From the NCBI GenBank assembly GCA_030765605.1, contig JAVCCG010000098.1, forward strand, positions 30,835 to 94,834: 64,000 nt of DNA, written 5' to 3'. The translations under genes were made by a program, and so were the position numbers. The DNA is from Candidatus Alcyoniella australis. GTDB taxonomy: Bacteria; Lernaellota; Lernaellaia; JAVCCG01; Alcyoniellaceae. The notes below the pieces were generated by a model. That model ran no database searches and had not been told where the DNA came from. It saw only the letters and a list, made by a program, of their open reading frames with translations. Shown here piece after piece: positions 17,658-27,704 of the stretch; the stretch's first letter is position 1; every line of letters begins with the position of its first letter.

Positions 17658-18878
17658 CTAGTCTCCGAAGCTGATACCCATCAGTTTACTGTTCTGCACC
17701 AAGTCCGACTCGGGGTCAACCTTGCGCAGGTGGCCCACGGCGTCGGCGATCGGGACGCTGCGGATCTTGGTGCCGCGGATTACCACCATCCGGCCCCACT
17801 TGCGTTCGGCCACCGCATGCGCCGCGGCCATGCCCAGCCTGGTGCACAACACCCGGTCGTGGGGTGTGGGCGTACCGCCGCGCTGCAAGTGTCCCAGAAC
17901 AGTATAACGGGTTTCCAGCCCGGTGAGCTCGTGAATCCTGGTCGCGACCTCGGAGCCGATCCCGCCAAGGCGGACCGGATCGCAGCTGTCGTTGACCATC
18001 TCGCGCACCACCATCTCGCCGTTCTTGGCGCGTGCGCCCTCGGCCACGCAGATAATCGAGAAACGACGACCGCGGCGGTTGCGCTCGAAGATCTTGCGGC
18101 AGATCTCGTTGTAGTCGAAGGGGATCTCGGGGAGCAGGATGATGTCTGCGCCGCTTGCCACCCCGGAGTGCAGCGCGATGTGACCCGTATAGCGCCCCAT
18201 GGTCTCCAGCACCATCACCCGGTGATGGCTCTCGGCCGTGGTCTGCAACTTGTCGATGGCCTCGGCGGCCGTATTCATCGCCGTGTCAAAGCCGAAGGTC
18301 ACGTCCGTGGCCGGCAGGTCGTTGTCGATGGTCTTGGGAACGCCCACCAGGCGCACGCCGATCTTGTCGAATTCATTGGCAATGTGCATTGTGCCATCGC
18401 CGCCGATCACCACCAGCGCGTCGATGTCCTGACGCCGCAGAGTACCGATCACCTTCTTTGAGTAATCGACGGTCACAACCTTACCATCCTCCTCCTCTTT
18501 CCAGGCGAAGGGGTTGCCGCGGTTGGTCGTGCCCAGGATGGTTCCGCCACGACGCTCGAGACCGGAAACATTGTCATAAGTCAGTTCGACGATCCGCGGA
18601 CGCCGCACCAGTCCCTCGAAACCGTCGCGCACGCCGATCACCCGCCATTTGTAGCGATACTGCGCGGTCTTAACCACCGCGCGGATCACTGCATTGATCC
18701 CCGGGCAATCCCCACCGGCGCTGACGACCCCGATTTTTTTAATGCGAAATCGTCTTTTAGTCCGAGGTCCGTCAGGCGAAAAATCCGACGAAGCGTCCTG
18801 TTCGCCTTGGGCTTCGTTGGAATATTCCTCGTTGTCTTGGTCTTGCCTTTCGTCGATCTCTTCCTCGAACGGATTCAT
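17658..18878 (-). CDS. pfkA: ATP-dependent 6-phosphofructokinase with ~55-aa acidic N-terminal extension
   Basis: GGDCPGINAV, IGGDGT, VGVPKTIDNDL, MGR..G; GAGGAA SD 5 nt upstream of ATG 18878. Confidence 0.9.
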   Translation of the reverse strand: MNPFEEEIDERQDQDNEEYSNEAQGEQDASSDFSPDGPRTKRRFRIKKIGVVSAGGDCPGINAVIRAVVKTAQYRYKWRVIGVRDGFEGLVRRPRIVELTYDNVSGLERRGGTILGTTNRGNPFAWKEEEDGKVVTVDYSKKVIGTLRRQDIDALVVIGGDGTMHIANEFDKIGVRLVGVPKTIDNDLPATDVTFGFDTAMNTAAEAIDKLQTTAESHHRVMVLETMGRYTGHIALHSGVASGADIILLPEIPFDYNEICRKIFERNRRGRRFSIICVAEGARAKNGEMVVREMVNDSCDPVRLGGIGSEVATRIHELTGLETRYTVLGHLQRGGTPTPHDRVLCTRLGMAAAHAVAERKWGRMVVIRGTKIRSVPIADAVGHLRKVDPESDLVQNSKLMGISFGD

Positions 18879-19160
18879 GAGTATTCCTCATAGTACGATG
18901 AATTAACGATCAAATACTGGGGGTGCCTCCACCTGAGATAAGCTCATAGCACAACCCAAAGGCTATTTCCAGAAATTTTTGCTTAGCTTTTCACTTCAAG
19001 AGAGCAGGAGGATACAATTTCTTGTATTCAAGCCCAGCCATTGCAAATGATCAACCGCATTTAGACTTGGCGGAAAGGGCGAAATTGTCGGAACTGCAAC
19101 CACGATCCGCGTTGATAAAAATTGTTAAACCATCGAGGTACGGGTAATCTCTTTACACTG

Positions 19161-21176
19161 ATGACAAGCTCGATGATCAGACTGTCAATGTTGGGCGATC
19201 TGGGTGCGCCGGCGATTTTGCGCGGGTTCGCCCTGGTGGCGCTGGTGCTGCTGGGCAGCGCCGGGATCGGACGTTTTCTGCGCAAGCGCATGATTGCAAA
19301 GGCGATCCCCGCGCAGAACAGTATCGACATCGCCCTTGGCCTGGGCCTGTGGGGCCTAATCTGCCAGTTCTATGGACTATTTGTGGGCGTGGGCCGCAGC
19401 TCGGCGCTGGTGCTGCTGATCGTGCTCGCCGCGTTGGGTGCACCGAGCCTGGGACGTGCTTTGCGTTGGGTGGTGCGCGCCAATAAATCGCGCGGCCCGC
19501 TGCTCGGCGCGTTGGCAAGCGGCCCGCTTTTCGATCGGCTGTTGGGTCTGAGTATTTTGATCGTCAGCAGCTGGACCGTGCTCGCGGCGCTGACCCCGGA
19601 GATCGAGCCCGACGCACTGGCCTACCACCTGCAACTTCCACGGCTGTGGCACGAGCAGGGGCGGATTTTCCTGCCCTACGATTTATACATGGCGGGCTAT
19701 CCGCTGTTGGCCGAGACGCTGTTCTGGCCGTTGTGGTCGTTGGGCGCGCCGCTGGCCGCCAAGTGGCTGCATCTGGCCGCGGGCCTGGTCGTGGTCATGG
19801 GCGTGATCGATTTCAGCGCGGCGTTGCACGGCCGTCGCGCCGGGCTGCTCGCCGGGCTACTGCTGGTCTCGGTCCCGGGCTGGATCTGGTCGAGCACCAC
19901 GGCCAACGTCGATCTGATGCTATGCCTGTTCGTCTGGGCCGCGGTGGTGCTGGTGCTGCTGCGCGAGCTGGAGTGCGGTCGCGGCGTGCTGCTGCTCGCC
20001 GGGATCTGCGCCGGACTGGCGCTGAACGTCAAGGTCACGGCCGTGATCTTTGTCGCCCCGCTGTTCGTACTGGCCGCCGGGCTGTCCCTGCGGCGCTCCC
20101 GGCTGAATTACGGCAAGCGCAAGATTTTGATCGCGCTGTTCGACCTGGCGCTGGCGGCGCTGCCGGCCGTTGCACTGTTCATGCTTTGGCCGCTGAAGAA
20201 TTGGTTGCTGGGCGTGCCCGCGCTCTATCCCGCGGCGATCGACCCCTGGCGCGCGGGCTGCACGGTGCTTCGCATTGCCCAGCATCCCTGGTGCGCAGCC
20301 GGGCCCAATTGCGAGCTGTGGTGCGAGGACGCGGCCCTGGTGACCTTCATCAAGGTCCAGCTGCTCAACCTGTTTGGCATGGGCAAGGACGCCGCCGGGT
20401 TCGCCTTGCTGCCCTGGAACCTGACGTTGCACCCGGAGAAGTTCGGCGGCGTGCCCCTGGGATTGGCCTGGCTGCCGCTGTGGGCCCTGGTGCTGGGCCT
20501 GCGCAAGCCCGACGTGGGCAGCGTTAGTTTGTTGTTTGCAAGCGCCCTGGGCTTTGTTGCCTGGTCGCTGGGCAGCCAGCAGTCGCGCCTGCTGCTGCCG
20601 TTGCTGCCGCTGTGCGCCACGCCCCTGGTGCTGCCCCTGGCGCAGCCTGCACTCCTGCGCATGGGCAAAGGCAGCGCAAAGCTGATCAGCACAATTTTCA
20701 GCGCGCTGCTGGTGGCCGCGGCCGTGGCCGGGCTGCCCGCGATCTATCCGCTGTTGTATGGTGATCCGCTGTTCAAGACCCAATCGGCATTGACCGTGTT
20801 CGAGCGCCGCGCACCGCTGGAGCTGCTCGTTTCGCATGCGCATAACGACGCGCTGAGCCTGCTGCTATCCGCCGAGCAGGTCGTGGCCGCGGACGAGGCC
20901 GTGCTCACCAGCGGGGTCGAGGAGTACCTCTACACTGACCTGGAGCTGATCTCGCCGTCCCACTCCCCGCGCGCATTTGGGGTGGAGTACGAGCTGCGCA
21001 ACGGGTCGTGCGATCGCGCCCAAGAGCTGTTGCAACTCCACCGGCTGCGCTACGCGATAAGCAGAAACGATGAGGCGGCCGAGCGCTTTGGCCGCTGCGC
21101 CGTCGAATTTAAGCCGCTACTGCAAACCCGCCACAGCGGCTATTCGCTGTTTGAATTAAACCCAGGCGGGCAATGA
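19161..21176 (+). CDS. Large polytopic membrane protein (possible GT-C/ArnT-like glycosyltransferase)
   Basis: About 670 aa with >12 predicted TM helices; start uncertain (TTG 19122, ATG 19161/19173/19188); function inferred only from topology. Confidence 0.55.
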   Translation: MTSSMIRLSMLGDLGAPAILRGFALVALVLLGSAGIGRFLRKRMIAKAIPAQNSIDIALGLGLWGLICQFYGLFVGVGRSSALVLLIVLAALGAPSLGRALRWVVRANKSRGPLLGALASGPLFDRLLGLSILIVSSWTVLAALTPEIEPDALAYHLQLPRLWHEQGRIFLPYDLYMAGYPLLAETLFWPLWSLGAPLAAKWLHLAAGLVVVMGVIDFSAALHGRRAGLLAGLLLVSVPGWIWSSTTANVDLMLCLFVWAAVVLVLLRELECGRGVLLLAGICAGLALNVKVTAVIFVAPLFVLAAGLSLRRSRLNYGKRKILIALFDLALAALPAVALFMLWPLKNWLLGVPALYPAAIDPWRAGCTVLRIAQHPWCAAGPNCELWCEDAALVTFIKVQLLNLFGMGKDAAGFALLPWNLTLHPEKFGGVPLGLAWLPLWALVLGLRKPDVGSVSLLFASALGFVAWSLGSQQSRLLLPLLPLCATPLVLPLAQPALLRMGKGSAKLISTIFSALLVAAAVAGLPAIYPLLYGDPLFKTQSALTVFERRAPLELLVSHAHNDALSLLLSAEQVVAADEAVLTSGVEEYLYTDLELISPSHSPRAFGVEYELRNGSCDRAQELLQLHRLRYAISRNDEAAERFGRCAVEFKPLLQTRHSGYSLFELNPGGQ

Positions 21177-21181
21177 CGCCG

Positions 21182-21781
21182 TCAATGCTGTGATTTGAGG
21201 GTCTGCCAGAGCCGCTCGACCTGGCGCTGCAACGCTTCGAGGCTGCCGTTGTTGCGAATCGCGAAGTCGGCGTAGTCCAGCTTCTCCTTCATCGGCATCT
21301 GCGAATCCAGGGCTGCTTGAGCTTGCTGCTCGTCCACACCGTCGCGCTGGATCAGTCGCTGGATCTGTTTGCGCTGCGTGCAATAGACCACGATCAAGCC
21401 GCTAAGCGGAAACGGATGCTCGGTCTCGATCAGCAGCGCCGCCTCGACAATCACCGGCTCGGTGCTGTGCTCGAAATGGTCGCGCACGCGGCCGACGATG
21501 CTGCCGATAATCAGCGGATGGGAGATCTCGTCGAGCTTGGCCTTGGAGTCGGGGTCGGTGAAGATCTGCTCGCGCAGCCGCCGGCGGTCGATCTCGCCGT
21601 CCGGGCCGACAATTCCGCTGCCGAACTCGGCCACGACCCGATCAAAGGCCGACTGCCCCTTGGCCATCACGTCGCGCGCCACCTGGTCGGCATCGATCAC
21701 CGTGGCGCCGAGCTTGGCAAAGACCTTGGCCGCAGTGCTTTTTCCCGAGGCGATGCCTCCGGTCAATCCGTAGATTTTCAT
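21182..21781 (-). CDS. coaE: Dephospho-CoA kinase
   Basis: ATG 21781 overlaps upstream stop (ATGA); MKIYGLTGGIASGKST P-loop and CoaE-length (~199 aa). Confidence 0.9.
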   Translation of the reverse strand: MKIYGLTGGIASGKSTAAKVFAKLGATVIDADQVARDVMAKGQSAFDRVVAEFGSGIVGPDGEIDRRRLREQIFTDPDSKAKLDEISHPLIIGSIVGRVRDHFEHSTEPVIVEAALLIETEHPFPLSGLIVVYCTQRKQIQRLIQRDGVDEQQAQAALDSQMPMKEKLDYADFAIRNNGSLEALQRQVERLWQTLKSQH

Positions 21782-22482
21782 CCGTTGCCAAGCATCCGTT
21801 GGGCCTCGGGCAACAATTGGATCTGCAGCCCGCCGAAGCGTTCGCGGTCGTAATGCGGAACAACCTTGCCCTGCTTCAGCGCATCGATCATCCGGCGCGG
21901 AGTGTCGGCTGATTCGGGGAAAGTGGTCCAACACTTGAAAAAGCTTTCCTTTTCGTGGGCGTCGGAACCGGCAGTGCAGGTCAGTTTCTGCGATGTGGCG
22001 ATCTGCTGCAGACGGTCGAAGTAGACCTGCCGTACCGAGCCCATGGTCGCCAGGAACAGCATTGTGCCGTTGTACAGCTCAAGGCCGTCGATGTGGCGCG
22101 CCACCTCGAGAATCTCCTTGGAGATCGGGTCGGGTCCGGTCCAGCCCGAGGATTGCGGCACGCGCGGATGGGCCCAGATCACTGCGTTGTGCTCGTCGCG
22201 GCGCAGATCGCACACCGAGCGGTGGAACACGGTGAGAGAGGACAGGTAGTCGGTGTCCTCTGAGAAAATCAGGAAATCGCCCTCCTCGGCCGTGACCTCG
22301 ACCCCCCAGAGCACGCACAACTCGGGGAAGTCGCGGCTGAGCCGCGCACAGGCCTTGACGCTGCCGTGGTCGGTGATCGTGATCGCCAGGGGCATTTGCT
22401 TCTCGACGTACTCGCAGACCGTTTCGTAACTCAGGCTCGAGCAGTCGGAGAAGGTCGTGTGTAGGTGGAGGTCGATATCCAT
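21778..22482 (-). CDS. PHP-domain metal-dependent phosphoesterase
   Basis: MDIDLHLHTTFSDCS N-terminal PHP motif, later HP..., GSDAH. Confidence 0.8.
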   Translation of the reverse strand: MDIDLHLHTTFSDCSSLSYETVCEYVEKQMPLAITITDHGSVKACARLSRDFPELCVLWGVEVTAEEGDFLIFSEDTDYLSSLTVFHRSVCDLRRDEHNAVIWAHPRVPQSSGWTGPDPISKEILEVARHIDGLELYNGTMLFLATMGSVRQVYFDRLQQIATSQKLTCTAGSDAHEKESFFKCWTTFPESADTPRRMIDALKQGKVVPHYDRERFGGLQIQLLPEAQRMLGNG

Positions 22483-22685
22483 TCGGTGGTGTTCCCAGGC
22501 CTTTATATCACCCTAGCGAGCGGCCGGTCGGTTCCTCGGAATACGGACGAGGCCGACAAGCTGCAATCCTATGGCCGGTCGGCCAAGCTGTCAATTATCG
22601 ATCTGGGCGTAAAAACTGTTGTCTTGCATTACCACTACCGCACAACTAGGATTGATTTTTCACCATAAGATGGGGATTTATTAAA

Positions 22686-24479
22686 ATGGAACAGCTTACC
22701 ATTCCCCGTATGGTGTTCGGCCGCGTGGCACGGCAGGGCGATCGTTTGGCCGTGCGCCATCGCCGCGGCGGGGTGTTCCACGATCTATCCTGGAACCAAT
22801 ACGGCGAGGCGATCGCCGACGTCGCACGGGGGCTCGAGGCGCTGGGTCTCGAGGAGGGCCAGCGCACTGCGATACTCTCCAACACGCGCATCGAGTGGCA
22901 TTTCGCGGACCTGGGCACCCAGAGCCTGGCCGGCATCGCCGTGGGGATCTACCCCACGCTGCTGGCCGAAGAGGTGGGATTCATCCTGCGCGACTGCGGC
23001 GCCAAAGTCGTATTTTGCGAGGACTGGACCCAGTACGAAAAGGTCGTGCAGGTACGTGCCCAATGTCCGGAGCTGCTCCAAATTGTACTGTTGGATCCCG
23101 AGGGCGTGCAGCTCGGAGCCGACGTGCTGTCGCTCGATCAGCTACGCGCCAAGGGAGCGCAACTGCGCGAGGCCGATCCGGGCGGATTTGGCGACCTGCT
23201 CAAGCGCGGCAAGCCCGACGACCTGTTCACGATCATCTACACCTCGGGCACTACCGGCCGTCCCAAGGGGGCGATGATCTCCCACAACAACGCCCTGTCG
23301 GTCTGCCGCGCCATCGAGGAGCTAAACATCATCTCCGAGCGCGACGTATCGATCGAGTACCTGCCGCTGGCGCACGCCTACGAGCGGATCGGCGGGATGC
23401 TCCTCGGGCTCTACGCCGGCGGCGTCACCGCGATCGCCGAGAGCTTCGAGACCTTGCGCGACGACATCATCACCGTGCAGCCGACCGTGATGGTTGGAGT
23501 GCCGCGGGTGTTTGAGAAGATCTACGACTCGATCCGCAACTCGGTCGAGCAAAGCGGGACGGCTCGCCGCAAACTTTTCGAGTGGGCACTTAGCGTGGGG
23601 CGCGAGGCGCTGCCCTATCGCCTCAAACGGCTGCCGTTGCCCTACCAGCTCAAGCTGCGCTACGCCCTGGCCGACAAGTTGGTATTCACCCGGCTGGCCC
23701 AGAAGCTGGGCGGCAGGCTGCGCTTTGCGCTCTCCGCGGCCGCTCCGTTGTCCCAGGAGATCATCGAATTCTATTTCAGCCTCGGCGTGACCCTGTTGCA
23801 GGGCTTTGGCATGACCGAGTGCTCGGCTCCGGCGGCGATCACCACTCCCGAGGACCCGGCGATCGGCACGGTGGGCAAGCCGCTGAGCTGCAACGAGATC
23901 AAGCTGGCCGACGACAGCGAGGTGCTGATCCGCGGCGCCAACGTGTTCAAAGGCTACTGGAACAATCCCAAGGACACGGCCGAGGCGCTCGACGATAAAG
24001 GCTGGCTGCACACCGGAGACATCGGCGTCATCGACGCCGACGGCAACCTGATCATCACCGACCGTAAAAAGCACTTGATCATCACCGCCGGCGGCAAGAA
24101 CATAGCCCCCGTGGCAATCGAGAACGCGTTGAAGTCCGAGCCGTACATCACCGAGGCGCTGGCCTACGGCGACAGGCGGCCCTACCTGGTGGCGCTGCTC
24201 ACCGTGGACGAGGAACGCATCCAAAGCTTCGCCCACGAGCAGCAAATCCAGGCCGACGACTTCGCTACGCTGCTCAATAACCCGTCGATCAAAGTCTTGA
24301 TCGACCACTGCGTCGAGAAGGCCAACTTGACCCTGCCGCGCTTCGAGCAAATCAAGCGCTTCCATATACTGCCCGGTCAATTCTCGATCGAAGACGGGAC
24401 CCTGACGCCGACACTGAAACTCAAACGCCGTAAGATAATCGAAAGGTACTCTGAACTCATCGACGAGATGTACAACTAG
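22686..24479 (+). CDS. AMP-forming long-chain acyl-CoA ligase
   Basis: 597 aa; YTSGTTGRPKGAM, GFGMTEC, GWLHTGDIG, KLKR near C-terminus. Confidence 0.9.
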   Translation: MEQLTIPRMVFGRVARQGDRLAVRHRRGGVFHDLSWNQYGEAIADVARGLEALGLEEGQRTAILSNTRIEWHFADLGTQSLAGIAVGIYPTLLAEEVGFILRDCGAKVVFCEDWTQYEKVVQVRAQCPELLQIVLLDPEGVQLGADVLSLDQLRAKGAQLREADPGGFGDLLKRGKPDDLFTIIYTSGTTGRPKGAMISHNNALSVCRAIEELNIISERDVSIEYLPLAHAYERIGGMLLGLYAGGVTAIAESFETLRDDIITVQPTVMVGVPRVFEKIYDSIRNSVEQSGTARRKLFEWALSVGREALPYRLKRLPLPYQLKLRYALADKLVFTRLAQKLGGRLRFALSAAAPLSQEIIEFYFSLGVTLLQGFGMTECSAPAAITTPEDPAIGTVGKPLSCNEIKLADDSEVLIRGANVFKGYWNNPKDTAEALDDKGWLHTGDIGVIDADGNLIITDRKKHLIITAGGKNIAPVAIENALKSEPYITEALAYGDRRPYLVALLTVDEERIQSFAHEQQIQADDFATLLNNPSIKVLIDHCVEKANLTLPRFEQIKRFHILPGQFSIEDGTLTPTLKLKRRKIIERYSELIDEMYN

Positions 24480-24534
24480 GACCCGGATCTTTGATGATGG
24501 TTATCAGGCAATCATCCGGGCGAGTGAGGAGCTT

Positions 24535-25644
24535 ATGAGCGAACAGATCCAGAGAATGGTCGAACTGGCCGCCGATCCCGCGGCCACGCTGGCCGACTAC
24601 AGAAAAAGCAGCGGTCGGCCGGCGATGCTCATCGTGCCGCTGTACTTCCCACGCGAGGTGCTCGACGCCGCGGGCTTCATCCCAGCCGAGATCTGGGGCG
24701 CTGCCCTGCCGTTGGACGAGTCCGGCGCGTTTTTACAGCCGACGATCTGCTCGTTGATGGTCGGGCTGTTCGAGCTGGGACTGTCCGGCGGCCTGGAAGG
24801 GGTCAGCGGGGCTGTGTTCCCCTCGACCTGCGACACGGTGCAAAACTCCGAGAGTATCTGGGCCTCGCGTTTCCCCAAGATGTTTGTCGGCCACGTGGTG
24901 ATGCCCAAGATCACCAGCGCCACGGGCGCGGGCGAGTTCATCGCGGCCCAAATCCGCGAGTTCATCGCCGCGCTGCATAAGGCCACGGGCGCCACTCTCG
25001 ACGACGAGTCGTTGGCGCGCTCGATCGCCTTGGGCAACACGGCGCGCGCCGCGGCCAGAGGGCTGCTCGATCTGGCGGGGCGCGGGCTGCTCAGCGCAAC
25101 CGAGCGCAACGCGGTCTACGTGCTGTACAACCTGCTGCCCTTCGACGCCTTTATCGAGCTGGCCGCAGCCGCGGCCGCCCAGGCCGAGCAGCGCAGCCCG
25201 GCCCTCGATGCCAAGCCGGTGCTGGTCTCGGGCATGGTGCTCGGGCCGCGGCCGGTGATCGCGCTCTACGACGAGCTGGGCGCGCGGATTGTAGACGACG
25301 ATCTGGGCATCGGCCGCCGCAGCATCGACCCGGACGTCGACCAGAACGGCGACCCGATCGTGGCGCTGGCCGCACGGCAGCTGGGACGCCGTGCGTGCTG
25401 CACGATTCACGACTCGCAGCGCGATCGCGCGGCGGAGTTGGTCGAGCAAACCAAAGCCTGCGCAGCCGAGGGCGTGATCTTCTCGCGCCTCAAATTCTGC
25501 GACCCCGAGGCTTTCGACTACCCCTGGCTCTCCGGCGCGCTCAAAGAGGCCGGAGTACCCAGCACGTTGCTCGAGATCGACCTGGGCAGCGACGCAATCG
25601 AGGCCACAACAACCCGCATGCAAGCATTTCTGGAGAGCCTCTGA
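24535..25644 (+). CDS. 2-hydroxyacyl-CoA dehydratase / benzoyl-CoA reductase BcrC-HgdB-like subunit
   Basis: 369 aa; family-typical Cys contexts (TICSLM, PSTCDT, ACCTIHD, LKFCDPE). Confidence 0.75.
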   Translation: MSEQIQRMVELAADPAATLADYRKSSGRPAMLIVPLYFPREVLDAAGFIPAEIWGAALPLDESGAFLQPTICSLMVGLFELGLSGGLEGVSGAVFPSTCDTVQNSESIWASRFPKMFVGHVVMPKITSATGAGEFIAAQIREFIAALHKATGATLDDESLARSIALGNTARAAARGLLDLAGRGLLSATERNAVYVLYNLLPFDAFIELAAAAAAQAEQRSPALDAKPVLVSGMVLGPRPVIALYDELGARIVDDDLGIGRRSIDPDVDQNGDPIVALAARQLGRRACCTIHDSQRDRAAELVEQTKACAAEGVIFSRLKFCDPEAFDYPWLSGALKEAGVPSTLLEIDLGSDAIEATTTRMQAFLESL

Positions 25645-26855
25645 TGAACGACAAAGCAGCAATCCCGCGGATCGAGGCGACGCGCAAGCTCAAAGAGCTG
25701 ATGGGCATCTACTATCTCGAGGCCAAGAACGCCGAGTACAACAACCAGAAGGTGGCCTGGGTCACCTCCGGCTCGCCGGTCGAGACCTTGATCGCCATGG
25801 ACGTGATCCCGATCTACCCCGAGAACCACGGCGCGATGATCGGCGTGACCCGCATGGGCGTCGAACTCAGCGAGGTGGCCGAGGGCATGGGCTACTCGCC
25901 GGACCTCTGCTCGTACTTCCGCGCCGACGTGGGCCAGGCCGCAACCGGCAACAGCCCCATCGCCGGACTGCCCAAGCCGGACTTCCTCTACTGCTGCGAC
26001 AACATCTGCTCCACAGTGGTCAAGTGGTACGAGGTCCAGGGGCGCAAGTACGACGCGCCGGTGTTCTGGATCAACACGCCCTTCGTGCCCGACGAGATCA
26101 CCCCGGCGCACCGCAGCTACGTGGCCGGCCAGCTCGAACAGCAGGCCTACGCCATTGCCAAGCTTCTCGGGCGCGAGTTCGACATGGAGCACTTCATCGA
26201 CGTGCTGCGGCTCTCCGAACAGGCGACCCGCGTGTGGCAGGAGTGCCTCAACCTCTGCCAACACAAGCCCGCGCCCATGAGCTCCATCGACAGCTTCTTT
26301 CACATGGCGCCGATCGTCACTCTGCGCGGCACGCAGAAGTGTCTGGACTACTACACCATGCTGCGCGACGAGCTGCAGGACCGCATCGACAAGGGGATCG
26401 GCACGGTCCCCCAAGAAAAGCACCGGCTGCTGTGGGACAACCTGCCGATCTGGTTCTGGACCAAGGGGCTGGCCGAGCTGACCAACAGCCTGAGCGCGGT
26501 GTTCGTGGTCTGCACCTACACCTCGAGCTGGGATATCGGCGCGGACACCATGCTCGTGGACGACCCCTGGCAACCGATGGCCGACACCTACCTCTTCCCG
26601 TACATCAACCGCGGGATGGAGGTGCGCATCAGAATGCTCGAGAACTGGATCAAACAGTTCGACGTGGACGGCCTGGTGTTCCACTCCAACCGCTCGTGCA
26701 AAGCCTACACCCTGGGCCAATACGAGCTGGCCAAGCTGGTCAGCGAGCGCACGGGCAAGCCCAGTCTGGTGATCGAGGGCGACATGTGCGACATGCGGCT
26801 GTTCAGCGAAGCCCAGACCGTCACCCGGCTCGAGGCGTTCATCGAAAGCCTCTAA
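25644..26855 (+). CDS. 2-hydroxyacyl-CoA dehydratase HgdA-like subunit
   Basis: ATG 25644 shares its A with upstream TGA (TGATG); 403 aa; SGSPVE..., DLCSYFR, CDNICSTV, RSCKAY, GDMCD motifs typical of the HGD-D family. The 25395 start in the track lies inside the previous gene. Confidence 0.75.
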   Translation: MNDKAAIPRIEATRKLKELMGIYYLEAKNAEYNNQKVAWVTSGSPVETLIAMDVIPIYPENHGAMIGVTRMGVELSEVAEGMGYSPDLCSYFRADVGQAATGNSPIAGLPKPDFLYCCDNICSTVVKWYEVQGRKYDAPVFWINTPFVPDEITPAHRSYVAGQLEQQAYAIAKLLGREFDMEHFIDVLRLSEQATRVWQECLNLCQHKPAPMSSIDSFFHMAPIVTLRGTQKCLDYYTMLRDELQDRIDKGIGTVPQEKHRLLWDNLPIWFWTKGLAELTNSLSAVFVVCTYTSSWDIGADTMLVDDPWQPMADTYLFPYINRGMEVRIRMLENWIKQFDVDGLVFHSNRSCKAYTLGQYELAKLVSERTGKPSLVIEGDMCDMRLFSEAQTVTRLEAFIESL

Positions 26856-27673
26856 TGCGTAACCCCGCGGGCCGGATCGTTGCCCTGCGTGAGCAGATCC
26901 GCGGACTGGGCTCGGCCCTGATTGCGCTCTCCGGCGGCGCGGACTCAGCGCTGCTCGCTGCCCTGGCCGCGGATGAGCTTGGAGAGAGTGCTGCAGCGGC
27001 AACCGCCGTGGGACCATTGTTTGCGCAGCACGAGGTCGAGCGCGCCCAAGGTTTGTGCCGCCGCCTTGGCCTGCGCCACGAGCTAATCGAGTTCGATCCG
27101 CTGCACCACGAGGCGTTCGTGCGCAACCCGCCGGATCGCTGCTTTTTTTGCAAACACGAGATGCTGCGCCTCTGCCGCGAGATGGCCGACCGGCTGGAAC
27201 TGGAGCACGTGTGCGAGGGGACCAACGCCCAGGAGCTCTCCGAGCACCGTCCGGGCCTGGCCGCAATCCGCGAGCTTTGCATACAAACGCCACTGCTCGA
27301 CGCGGGCCTGGACAAGTCCGATGTACGGCGCGCCTTAGCCAAGTTGGGGCTAAACGACTGGGTCCGGCCTTCATCAACCTGCCTGGCCACGCGCTTTGCC
27401 CACGGCATGCCGATCACCCGCGAGGGTCTGCGTCGGGTGGAGGCCTGCGAGCAGGACCTGGCCCGGATGGGGTTTACAGAGTTCCGCGTGCGACACCACG
27501 GCGATAGCGCGCGCATCGAGCTTTGCGAAGATCAACTCAGCCGGGCCCTGGATCCCAAGCTGCGGCGCGCCATCGTGACTGCCCTGCGCGGCCATGGCTT
27601 TTCCTTTGTCAGCCTCGACCTCGAGGGCTTCTCAAGCGGCAAGATGGAGCGTAACGCTGACAAAGGGGTGTAA
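26855..27673 (+). CDS. LarE-like PP-loop ATP pyrophosphatase (TIGR00268-type sulfur transferase family)
   Basis: ATG 26855 overlaps upstream TAA (TAATG); SGGADS PP-loop, RCFFCK (CxxC), RPSSTCLATRF, FRVRHHGDSARIE; only the last 272 aa of the 549-aa track ORF. Confidence 0.85.
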   Translation: MRNPAGRIVALREQIRGLGSALIALSGGADSALLAALAADELGESAAAATAVGPLFAQHEVERAQGLCRRLGLRHELIEFDPLHHEAFVRNPPDRCFFCKHEMLRLCREMADRLELEHVCEGTNAQELSEHRPGLAAIRELCIQTPLLDAGLDKSDVRRALAKLGLNDWVRPSSTCLATRFAHGMPITREGLRRVEACEQDLARMGFTEFRVRHHGDSARIELCEDQLSRALDPKLRRAIVTALRGHGFSFVSLDLEGFSSGKMERNADKGV

Positions 27674-27704
27674 CCAACGCCGCGGCGCTGTAATATCTGA
27701 GCCC

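Noticed and set aside
26024-27673. 549-aa ORF from the track (also 25395-26855 at 486 aa, 6237-7553 at 438 aa, 41361-42431 and 45494-46168)
   Set aside because: The N-terminal parts are out-of-frame read-through of the preceding genes (Arg/Pro-rich). The true starts are the ATGs that overlap or closely follow the upstream stop codons and give sensible N-termini or signal peptides.
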